64,000 bases of DNA from Monocercomonoides exilis PA203 (Eukaryota > Protista > Preaxostyla), in assembly GCA_001643675.2 (NCBI GenBank), contig LSRY02000025.1, forward strand, positions 372,001 through 436,000, in the 5' to 3' direction. The notes under the pieces are model-generated. The model was given only the letters and a program-made list of their open reading frames with translations. It searched no databases and was not told where the DNA came from. A program made the translations under genes and the position numbers. Shown one piece after another: positions 36,001 to 47,312 of the stretch; the stretch's first letter is position 1, and every line of letters begins with the position of its first letter.

Positions 36001-39000
36001 GTTTGTTGAGCTTCCTGAAGAGTTTGGATTATTTGTGCTTGAAGGAATGGAATTTGAGAGATGCAAAGCCTGGAAAGGGAAGAATGCGTTTGTTTCAGGA
36101 TGGAATCTGAGTGAAATTGTGAACAAGGAGCACCTGAAATGGGAGATGGATTCAGAGGAGTTGGGGTCATTGGATGAGTTGTGTGGATGGGAGAGGAAGA
36201 CAACAGGAGAGGAGGGATATGTGATTCCATTGGTTGTGTATTTGTGGATGAACTGGAGTGGAGATGGGTTTGTTTCGAAAGAAAAAGGAGGAGACTTCAG
36301 CGGGTGTGGGTTTTCTGAAGCACCATGTTCATCGATTGAGCACTTGATATCACTGAGATATGAACCACTTGGAGAAGGGGAATCACACATCAACATTGTT
36401 GGATCAGGACTGCTTGAAAAAGGAATATCATTTTTATCATCATCATCTTCTTCAAAAACTTCGATTGTGTCAATTGAAGGAGAGAAAGAAGGAACAAATT
36501 TGAAAGTGAGTGAGGAAGGAAGGAATGAAGGTGAAGGAGGAGAAGGGGGAGGAATGATATCATCGAATGTTGTTGCTTCTTTCACAAACCTAACATTTTC
36601 TCTGCCAAATGAATTGGGAGGACATTCATCACTCATTCACTCAACTTCATCCTCTGCAACATCACTTTCAATCATGAGATGCTCATTTGTTTGTGAGGAT
36701 TCAACAAAGGAAACGAAATATTCATTGGCAATCGCAGATAGAGGGAATGTGGTGATTGAGGATTGCACCCTTTCTCAATTCAATCTGGCCAAAGGGTTTT
36801 TAGAGTTTGCCCCAGAAGTGGAAGTGATTGATGTGATGAATGTGTCTGCTTCGAACACAACGATTTCAGGAAGGAGTCTGATATCGCTGAGTCAGCCATT
36901 GCCGCCAAGCATGTTGATCAACAAAGCAAGAGAAAACGCAAAACAAAGAGTGAGGGTGAACAGCTCCTCATTTGTGAACATCACATGTTTGGAGGACAGG
37001 GCAAGTGTGATGAGTGTGGGATCGTTCTCATCAGGGATGGAGTGTGTGATTGAAGGGTGTGTGCTGACGAAGTGCATGAGCGAGAGAAGCACAGAAGGCG
37101 GAGGGATGAAGATGCTGATGAAGAGAGGAGAGTCGGAGGTGAAAGTGAGTGGGTGTTCGTTTGGGATGTGTGTGTGCTCGACAGGGAATGGAAGGGGAGG
37201 AGGGATGATGATTGATGCGCTTGATCCGAATGGGGAATGCTCCAACACGGAAATGCCACCACTTGGGCTGAGATTGGAGAGCATCCGATTCATGATGAAT
37301 GATGCATTTGTGGGGAAGGATGTGTTCATCCGGTGTGACTCGATTGAGTTGCAGCTGAATGAAAGACTTTTTGGACTGGACTTCAGCCAGGAGGCGCTGA
37401 AGGGGGAGAAGTCGATGTGTGGGAGCGATGGAGAAGGGAAAGTTGATGTTGATCTGATTCCGCTGATCACATTCTATTATTCTTCACAGGTGTTTGTGTG
37501 TGAATGGGAGTGACAGCAGACAGTGTGGAGCACAGAGCAATCCGTGTGAGAGCATTGGGAATGCTGTGCAGCACATCGAACGAAGTGTTGTGAATATGAT
37601 TCTTATTGATGGGGAAGGGATGATGGGAGAGGGATGTGTGATTGGGGATGTGAGGATGGTGTCGATTCGGAGGGAGAAGGCGACAGTGCATTTTTGTGGG
37701 AAGATAGAGGGAAGAGGAGAGGAGAGGAGTGTGATTGTGTTTGTGAATGAGTGTGTGGTGGAGAGGTGCCAGTTTGTGTTTGGAGAGGGATTTGAAGGGG
37801 TTGAGGAGAGTGTTTTGAAAGAGAAGGATGGGAGATTGGAGATTTCAGAGTGCATTTTCAGCTTGTCAACAATGGATCTTGTGATGGAGAGGATGATTCT
37901 TGATGTGGAGAGTGGAGAGCTGAAGATGAGCGAAACGTTGTTCAGTGGAATTCATTCAGCTGTGCCACTTCTGTCATCCTGTGGAGAATCGTGTGTGTCA
38001 ATTGCTGAGACACGAATATCGAATATCGAGTGTGAGGAGGAAGTTGTGAGAGTTGGGGGAAAAGCGAAGGCAGAGATGAAGGAAGTGAAGTTTGAGAATA
38101 TGTCAGTGGCTTCTGAAGGAAGCGTGATGAAGATGGATGGAGCTGAAAGGGGGTTGAGTGTGCTGAACTGTTCCTTTGCGAAATGCTGGAGCACAAACAA
38201 GAGAGGAAGGGTGATGAGGATATGTGAGTGTGTGGATGTGAGTGTTGGATCGTGTGTGTTTGATGGAGAGGAAGGAGAGGAAAGAGAAGAAAGAGAAGGA
38301 AAGGATGAGAATGAGGATGATGGAAGAGGCGAAGAGTTTTGCAGATGGGATGGATCTGTTGTGGATGTTGTGAAGAGTTCAGTGATAATGAAAGATACAA
38401 CAATCTCGAATTCACCAGATGGTGGAATATCATTGAGTGGAGGAAGTGTGATTATTGAAGCAGGGAATTTCTCAAACAATAATCCCACAATAGAAGGATA
38501 TCCATCATTGAGAAGAAACATCATCTGCTCAGATTCTGGAACATTGAATGTGGTGAGTTTGAAGGGAGGAGATGGATTGAATGATAACTCCTCACTTTGG
38601 ATGTTGAATGAAGGGTGCAGTTTTGAAGGGATTGTTTCTGAGAGAGATTCATCATTCTTCATTCCTGTGTTGGAGAGTGTAGAGGCAAAAGAAGAAGGAG
38701 ATAGAATGAAACTGACATTCAAAGGAATGCTTCTTGTACCATGTAATATGTCATTCTCGGTTGTGAAGTGTTTTGGAGAAGAGAAAGAGATTGAACATTA
38801 TGATTTTGATTCAAATGGATTCTTGTCAGAAAGAGAAGTTGAAGGAAGTGTGGAAAAAGATCTTATCAGCAGTTGTGGAAATGAAGTGGAAGTGAGTGTT
38901 CATATTTTGTTTGGAAATGCAGAGAATCCTTCTTCCACACAGTCATTTATTCTGAAGAATGCAAGCGAATCTGATCCAAAGGGAGATGAAACGATTGTTG

Positions 39001-39218
39001 AAGGTGGAGACAAAGAAAAATCTATATGGCCGATTATTGTAATAATTGTGTGCATTGTGTGCATTATGCTGCTTGTGGTTATTGTTATTCTGACTGTTCG
39101 ATGGAGAAAACAAAAAAGAAGAACAGAAGAGCTTGAGGTGATTGTGAATGACACAGTGAAAAAGGATCCTAAGGCATTTGAGATGGTGAAGATGGAGACT
39201 TCACAAGAGGAGGCATGA
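33062..39218 (+). pseudogene. Large Cys/Gly-rich beta-helix-like single-pass surface protein, frameshifted at about 37500 and truncated just after the TM helix
   Basis: Repeated GGA/GGG(I/M) and CG...PC motifs. ORFs 33062-37513 and 37494-39218 are offset within GTGTTTGTGTGTGAAT. The TM helix IWPIIVIIVCIVCIMLLVVIVILTV is followed by RWRKQKRR and a stop about 35 aa later. No signal peptide at the ORF start, and upstream stops are present. Confidence 0.8.
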
Positions 39219-40383
39219 AAAAAAGCATATTAGGATGTTCAAAAAGAGAATCATAATCCTTTTTAAAAAAAATATCGATAAAAGAAAATACTAACATGAA
39301 TTTTTCAATAGTTCCATTTTTTAATTTCAATATATAAATGAAACCTGAATTTATTCTTAAAATGTTCATTTAAACTCCACAAAATGATTAGAATGAATTT
39401 AATAAAAAAAAAAAAACAATTTTTTAATTATAATGAAATTTGTTCAATTGTGTCGATAATAATATTATAAAAAAAAACAAATTTATTTATTATTAAAAAA
39501 TGAACGACTAAATATTATCAATGTAAAATAATTATTTAAAACAAAAAATATTTATTATAAATACAAATGATTAATAATTCCAAAAAAATTTAAAAAAACA
39601 CACAAATAAAATCTTTTTTCAAAAAACACATAAAAAACACAAAAAAATTCAACCGATTAATTAATAAAACATGAATTCACATATAAAAAAACCCCAAAAA
39701 TAATTTCACTCATCATTAAATGAAACTAATTCATAAAAAGGGAAAATATAATCTAATTAAATGTGTCTTAACATAACACTGTACATAATCAATTGTGTTT
39801 TGTAATAATAATTGATAATTCATTAAAAACAGATAATAATTTGTTCAGATCAAATGTTAAATTCTAGATATATTACGCATGGGACAAAACGTATAATTGA
39901 GAAAATATGTTTAAACGAGTTTGATACAAAGAATTTGTTGTTATACTATCGTTTTGGTATAATTTTTTTTGTATGTTAAATAATTGAACTTATGTTTCAG
40001 TGAAGATATTGAAAATTTTAATTTTCGAATTTGTTTTTAATGAATTTTGATTTTTAGGTTGTCCTGTTATTTTTTGTTTTAATGTATTTTTTATTAAAAA
40101 AGAATATGGAATGATAGTTGGGTTGATAATTATTGGATAATATTTTTTTCTTTTGTTAAAATTTTTCAGAATAATATTGGTTTAAATTATTGTTTTATTC
40201 ATTTTATGTGAACCAAAAAGAGCAAGATATATTGAAACACACATTTTTATTTCAAACAACAAAATGTGGTGGAAAGTGAGAAAACAATTTTTTGAAAAAG
40301 AAAAATAAAAATAATAATTCAAAGTTTATTTTCATTGGTTATTTTTTTTAAAAAAGTTGCAAGTGATTTATTTTAGAATATAT

Positions 40384-40639
40384 GGGTGATTATTTTTGAA
40401 ATTATATATTTTTTCGGGGTGTTGATTTTTCAAAGGTTGTTTGCTTTTTGAAAGAAAATGATAATTAAAAAGAGCAAAATCTTGATTTTTTTTTTCAGAA
40501 AACAAATGGTTTTTCCGAATCAAAGATTTTAATGCATTCGATAAGCCTTTTTTTTTTTAATTTTTTTTATTGATGTTCAAGTAATATTTATGAACCGAAA
40601 TTTTTGTAAGAAAAAATATGATTTCAAAAATAATCACCC
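40384..40639. mobile_element. 256-bp MITE family A, second copy
   Basis: Same GGGTGATTATTTTTGAAAT TIRs, internal sequence and length as 11968-12223. TSD ATAT at 40380-40383 and 40640-40643. Confidence 0.9.
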
Positions 40640-40840
40640 ATATCAAAAATTTCATATTTTGCTCAAATATATGTTTCCAATAACGAATCTCCTCAGGAAT
40701 GTGTGAAATAGCATTATCCAGAAATTAATTCCATGTTTGTGAAGTTTGGTTGATGTTAACATGCTTTTGAACAAAATATGAAATCTTTGATTTGCAAAAA
40801 TATTAAACATTTGCGATTTTTCAAAAAGAATTACCCATAT

Positions 40841-41108
40841 GGGGGAAAATATTGACTTTCAAGCTTTTTATGCACAAGGCATTGAAAAATTGCTTTACTC
40901 ATAACTTTGTTTCACTTTCTCAGATTTCAAAATAAATTTGATTTTCAAATGCTAAAACAGGCATTGAAGAAATAAAAATAAAAAGTTTTCCGATATTTCG
41001 TGTATGTCAAGAAATGAACACATTTTTATTATGTTTTTTGATAAAAAAAAGTCAATGAAAAGTACATAAGTTTTCAATGAAAATGCGTGAAGTTTAATAT
41101 TTTCCCCC
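40841..41108. mobile_element. 268-bp MITE family C
   Basis: TIRs GGGGGAAAATATTGACTTTCA and TGAAGTTTAATATTTTCCCCC. TSD ATAT at 40837-40840 and 41109-41112. Confidence 0.85.
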
Positions 41109-41346
41109 ATATATCTATGAAATTTAATTGGTTAGGGTCAAAACGTGAATGGAAAAAATAAATTTGTCACAATTCATTCTCGAATGCATCTGCTCCATCG
41201 CACGATCAAAAAGAATCAAATTTTCCATTTGTTTCTTCATCATTTTCATTTTAAACCTGCGCACAGCTTTTTTCAAATTGGTTATTATCATCTAATTCAG
41301 TTTCACACATTTCTTTTTCAACATTTAAGAGCTTATAAACGAGTAA

Positions 41347-42130
41347 TTATTGAATGAAATCTTCATGTTCAAGTGTTTCTGATCTTTTCCTAACAAAGCT
41401 AGTCACAAAGTCATCATTGTATTTTTCTTTAATTCCATTTCTAGGAAGAGATTTTCGAAGGCTTGACCAAGTGCTTTCAATCAAATTTGTGCAAATGCCA
41501 CTTTCTGGATCAACAAAATTGTATTTGTGACAAACAGTGTGATGATCATAACCTAAAGATGACAATGAGCTGTAGGCTTTCCACTCGTCTGAGTAAATAG
41601 TTGATCCTGGAATTGTGTTGCCTTTGATATTTGGTATTAATGTCTCTTTTTTTCTGTTTTTCACTCTCACAATCAAACATTTCACATTCTATCCAACTTG
41701 TATTCTTTCTGTCATTCCGAATAACCATATCTGTTTATTTCTTCTTCCTTTTCAAAACATCCTTTTGCACAGTTTTGCTTCATCTATTTCAACAATAATT
41801 CCAGGGCCATCAAGCTTTTCAAAAGATGTTGAACGTAATCAGCCATGCATGCTCTTCCAATGGAATAAAAACCACCAACAGTTTGCCTTGAAACATCAGT
41901 CAATAAGCTACACTGATATATTTCTATGTTGATCCAGAAACACAGAAATATCATCATAATTATCTCTATTGGTATTTTTTAATTTTTGAAAGGAGTCAAT
42001 CCTTACAACTTGCAGTATTTTCCACATCTGTAACACATGAAATTTCTGTAATTATCTCGGGCTTCTATGGAGAAGTTTTTCCTGTTCTTTCGGCATCTTC
42101 TGTTTGCTGCAAATGGCATTCGCTCCATTA
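41347..42130 (-). pseudogene. Merlin/IS1595-family (ISXO2-like) DDE transposase relic
   Basis: DGPGIIVEIDEAKLCKRMF*KGRR..WLFGMTER, PGSTIYSDEWKAY and HHTVCHKYNFVDPESGICTNLIES, with an N-terminal Cys-rich ribbon (CYRCGKYC). In-frame stops are present. Confidence 0.88.
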
Positions 42131-42499
42131 TGCAATTTCGTGTTGCTTTATTATCTAATAAGAGTTTTGTTTTTGGAAAAATAATTAGGAAAGAAACTGA
42201 CATAGCGACCTGTATTTTTTTGTTATTTTGAAAAAAGAAATAATTTATTTGTAACTTATTGGATATGATAATTTCGTTTGATAAGTATTTTAAATATTTT
42301 ATATATGATATACTTCCGATAAAAGGCGATAAAAACTCGATTATCCCGTTAACAAAATAAAAAATCTGTGCGCAAATTGTTGTCAATTAAATATTTGATA
42401 ATTAAATATATATTAAAAAATAGAAAAAATGATTAATTGCTTGATTTCTATTCAGTGTCAACAAGTGTCAACGATCCAATAAAGAATAATGCAGATTTG

Positions 42500-43560
42500 A
42501 ATGACAAATTTTCTTGTGTCTAATGTTCATTTCTTTGACAAATCATTAATGCCTTGAACATAGTTAATAAAAATTACCCAAAATGTTTTCACAAAATGAA
42601 CATTTATTCAATATCAGAAACAAGAAAACAATACAGATGTGCAAAATGCGATAAATCGATCAGAATATTTGAAAATACTTCATTCTTTAACACGAAAATA
42701 CCATTGAACATACTTCTCAGAATTGTTTTGCATTTTTGTTTGAAATTAAATATCACTCGAACGAGTTTTCATCTCGATATCAACCAAATAACCGTCAGTT
42801 TTTGATATTATCAATGAAGAGCAATTTCTTCGAAAACCACATTTTTGAATTATCAGCCAATTTAAGTTGACGGTGAAATTGGTGTAATTCTTGAGGCTAT
42901 TCAAAGAAGGAGAAAATTCCATAAAAATGAAGAATCAGAAATACAGCTTTTCGAAGGAATGAAAGAAAACATCAAAAATGCAGAAGAAGATTATTTATTG
43001 TTTGGGTAAAAAATTGAAAAAAAAACATATCTCAACATCATCCTTGCCAATATAAAACCCAAGACAATGATTTGTAATGACGAATGGCGTGCTTATAATT
43101 GACTGTCGGAATACGATTATTTACATTTATCAGTTTGCCATAAATTCAATTTCAAAAATCCACTTTCTGGTGTCTGCACGAACGGAATTGAGGATTATGG
43201 TCCAGATTTAGCCAATTTTTACCGAAAACAGGTGTTAACAATAAGTTTATGGATGACTTCATTGAAAGTTACGTGTTCCATTCCTCACGAAAATACTCTT
43301 CTGTTGATTATGTGAAAAAAATATAATATTTGCTGTACCAAAAGAAGAAGAAAACGATGATGGTGATTCAAATGAATCAGAAAGTGAAGACGAATCATTT
43401 ACTCCATTAGTTGATGATCTTGCTTCATCAACTGAAAGTGACATATATGGAGCTGGCGATGGTGAATCTGCATCTGAATATGTAGAATTTTCATCAAAAA
43501 TTACAGATCTTGATAATAATAATTTTTTATTAAATTTTAAATTCATTCTAACTTTTCTGC
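42500..43560 (+). pseudogene. Second, divergent Merlin/IS1595-family transposase relic with acidic tail
   Basis: YRCAKCDKSIRIFENTSFFNTKIPL zinc-ribbon region, then IKPKTMICNDEWRAY and HLSVCHKFNFKNPLSGVCTNGIE. Stops and frameshifts are present, followed by an Asp/Glu-rich tail at about 43300-43510. Confidence 0.78.
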
Positions 43561-45009
43561 ACTTCATTTTCAAAAAAACAAAGAATAATCATGTTCTGCA
43601 TTTGTCTGTGTTTCTTATCCATGGAAAAAATAAACGAAAAACACTAATTTTTTACCGGTCGCTATCTGTCCACACACCAAAATTCAATTTTCGATCTTAA
43701 TTGAGAGAAATTAATGTGATCAAAAAAGATCCATCCCATGAAAAGAAAATAATATCCCAAATATTCCTCTGTGATATGATAAAAGATAATTGAAACTATG
43801 ACAAAATGACTTACACGATATGGGTCATAATTTTTCATTTCGTAACTTTGTTCGAAGAAAGATCTTTTATAAAAATAATTGTGGTATAATGAGCAAAAAA
43901 TCAAAAATATAGTCAGTGTTAATAATTGTGGACACTTTCAATAACTGTGGACAATGATTTTTATTGTGGGACAATTTGATCAAAAATTTTGAAAGTTTTT
44001 AAAGAAATTTTTTACTATTTGAAAATTATTTTTTGAATTCGAATGCGTGATGCATTCAAGTTGATTTAACTAAACGAACTTTAGATTTCGGTGAAATAAC
44101 ATTGATGAAATAGTTATTTTGTGGAAAACAATTCCGCTTCTTCGGATTTGGAAGTTGCACATAACAAAATGTTATATTTGTTTGAATAATAAATAATAAT
44201 TATGACAAAATATTTCTGAAAAAAGATGAAAATATCAAGAACATATTTAATTCAAACAAAAAGGAAATAACTTAAACTTCAAAGAAAAAATAAAACAACA
44301 ATTTGAAAAAATGTTTCTATATTGAACTATGATTATACTGATAAATTTTCTATAAACAAAAGTTATAAAATTTCAAACTCAAAAAGACGGCTGAACAGAA
44401 TGAGAAATGTTACTGCAAAAGATTCCATAAAAAAAAGAAAGTGCATAACAACTTCCAAATAATTTCTTCTTTCAGGTTGTGAGATAAAGAAAATTTTTCA
44501 TGAAAAAAACATAATTTTCATTATCAAACAATAAAAAAAGACAATCAAAGAAATTATAAACAAATCAAAACCAAACAAAAAACAAACATTTGAAACATGA
44601 GTTTTCAAATAAAAAAAATACAAAAAAATTATCAGTTCAAATTAATAATTGCTTTTTATGAAAATTATTTCATTGTTGTTTCGAAAAAGAAAAGTCACTA
44701 GTTTCTTCGTTCTTTATTAAATTGTTGTTCTTTAGTGTCAATTTTCCACTCTTTTTCATTTATCTTTTGTATTTCTCTCATTTCCTTCTCATTCCTTCTC
44801 TTTTTACTCACTCATCTTTTTCATCATCTTCATTTGTTTATTCACCTTCATATGAAAGAGGTTCTGTTTTGATTTTGGTCGTCATCGCAGAAATTCATAT
44901 GTTTATTCGACTGACAAATTCAACAAAAGATGTAATTTAACTTATTGTTCATTTTCTCCTTCTTTCTCCTCTTTCTCTGTCTTCTCCTCATCTCCATCCC
45001 ATTTGATCC

Positions 45010-47170
45010 ACAGCCTCACATTCTCTGCGCCTTCTCCTCTGCTCTTCACTAGCACACACACTGCTCACACTTCATTCACAACAGCAGGCGTCGAATGAAC
45101 TGCACTCAGCATCACAGGCTCCGGTGGCTGCAGCACAAACAGCGATGGTCGGCTGTGTGGAGGGAACTGCTGAATACGCCTTGCCCAGCGGAGAAGACAA
45201 CGTGGATGCAGAAGATTCTCAACAAGCAAAGATATAGAATTACATGACATTCCCTTATGATTTTTTTCATTTCTGTTGGTGTTGTCATCACTTTCATCAT
45301 CAACACTAGGAAGCGATGCAAACACACTCTCTTCGTCATCGTCAAGCGACACAGCAAGAAACTGCCGAAGAGAAAAAGAAACAGGCAGATCGTTTGGATT
45401 GCGACGGGGGAAAGAAAGGAGGATGTCTGTAAGAGAGATGGAGGAGTGTGTCATCGATGGAGGCGGAGTGAAGGAGAGAGAAAAGTCCAAAGGATACTCC
45501 TTTTCAAAAGTGAGGGGTGGAGGAGCAGGCACATCTGGAGGTGGAAGAAGAGAATCAGCCAGAGAAATAATGAATGAAGGCGAAGGCGAAAATGAAGCAC
45601 TCTCAGAAGAAGACTTGGAAGAAGAAGTTTTTGATGCATTTGAAGAAGATTTCGAAGAAGCTGTTGTTTCTGATGATGAAGATGATGATTTATGAGGCGA
45701 TCCCAGTTGATAAGAGTCCATAAGAGAAGTCCAGTTCTGATTGAATTGTGCCCAAAGAGATTGTTCTGTGAGTGCTTTTTAAGCATCTCGAAGTGCAAAT
45801 TTAGAAGACGAGGAATGTGAAGACTGAACAGCTGAATCATTTGATGAAGATGAATTATTTTTTGAATTCTCTGATTCACTGTGATGAGAATCTTCATTTC
45901 CAGTTTCATTTCCTTTGCTGCCTTCACCTTCACACTCAACGTCCTCTGTCTTCTTTTCCTTTTGCTTTTCTCTCGCTGCAAGTGCCTGGTACAAAACAGA
46001 ATGCTCAGCCAGCTGCTCATTTGTGAGTGTTGTGTTAAGTGCGGGGTGGTTGAACAAAAGTGTCACAGTCTCAAATTCCAGCGGAATGGACACGTGGCTT
46101 GCAATCATCACATTCACACGCATTTCTTTCGTGGCAGACACCGCAGCTGCTGTGAAGTGGGCACTGCAGCTGAAGATCGGCCAGTTCAGCGGCAAATCCA
46201 CAACAATCGGCTGAGTTCTCTGCTGCTGCTGCTGTTGTTGTTGTTGCTGTTGATGTGACTGGTCGCTGCCTCCGCTGCAGATGATGCTCAGAATGTTCTC
46301 ATACACTTGCGGAATCTTCATCGCAGACGCTCCGCAGTCAGCCAGCAAACGCAGCAAAATTGCAATTTGGCATTTCGAGTCGCCTATCTCAGCCACATCC
46401 AGTCTAGCTTTTGTGAGTGCATTCGATGTGAGTGTGCTCCACCGCCAGTCTCTCAGCACAACAGCAGCAGACGAGACACGCTGCTTGTTCTCAGACGATG
46501 ATGCACTTGCAGAGAAAGAGGTAGCAACAGAAGAAGAAGAAAGAGAAGAAGTGGAAGATGAAAGAGAAAAAATTAGAGAAGAATGAAGAGGAAGATGCAT
46601 TTTTAGCTGAAATCTTCGCAAGCAACTCCAGAAAATCTCCAATTGTGGAAACAGACATAACTTTTGCCTTGTTTAATAGCAATGAACAAAAAGATTCTTC
46701 TAACTTAGACATCTTCTTCTTATTCTTCTTATTCTTATTCTTCTTCAAAATATTCATCATCCTTCTGTCTCCATTTATCTCTTCTCTTTTAATGGATTTC
46801 TTTGGTTTGTCGCTTTCATTTGTTTCCTCTTCTTTTTCATTTTCTTTTTCATCTTTTGTTTCATTCTTTGTCTTCATCATCATTTTCTTCTCTTTCTCCT
46901 TTTCTCTCTCTCTTTCTTTCTCCTTCTCTCTTTCTTTCTCTTTCTCTTTCTCCTTCTCTCTTTCTTTCTCTTTCTCTTTCTCCTTCTCTTCATCTCCTTC
47001 CACCTTCACATCCACAGTTCTTGCCACCAATTCAAATACCTCTCCTATTCCATTGGCAATGCTCATCCAATCATCTATCGAATGCGAAGGAGAATGCGCT
47101 CCTTCAATCAGCGCACGCAGCAAGAGACGCACATCACTCTCTATCATGAACAGATAATTGAGGCGAATGG
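45010..47170 (-). pseudogene. Frameshifted internal fragment of a TRAPPC11 (Foie gras/Gryzun)-like gene
   Basis: VLRDWRWSTLTSNALTKA...IAILLRLL...PIVVDLPLNWPIFSCSAHF...VNVMIASHVSIPLEFETVTLLFNHPALN follows the Foie-gras helix to Gryzun beta-sandwich pattern. It is broken over three ORFs with stops and frameshifts. Confidence 0.5.
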
Positions 47171-47312
47171 GGAATGAAATATTTGAAGAAGAGAGGGCGA
47201 GAGAAATGCTTATTGCTAACAGAAGAAGAAGAAGAAGAAGAAGAAGAAGAAGAAGAAGAAGAAGAAGAAGAAGATACCATTTTCTGTTGAATTGACCGGA
47301 AGAACTCATTTC

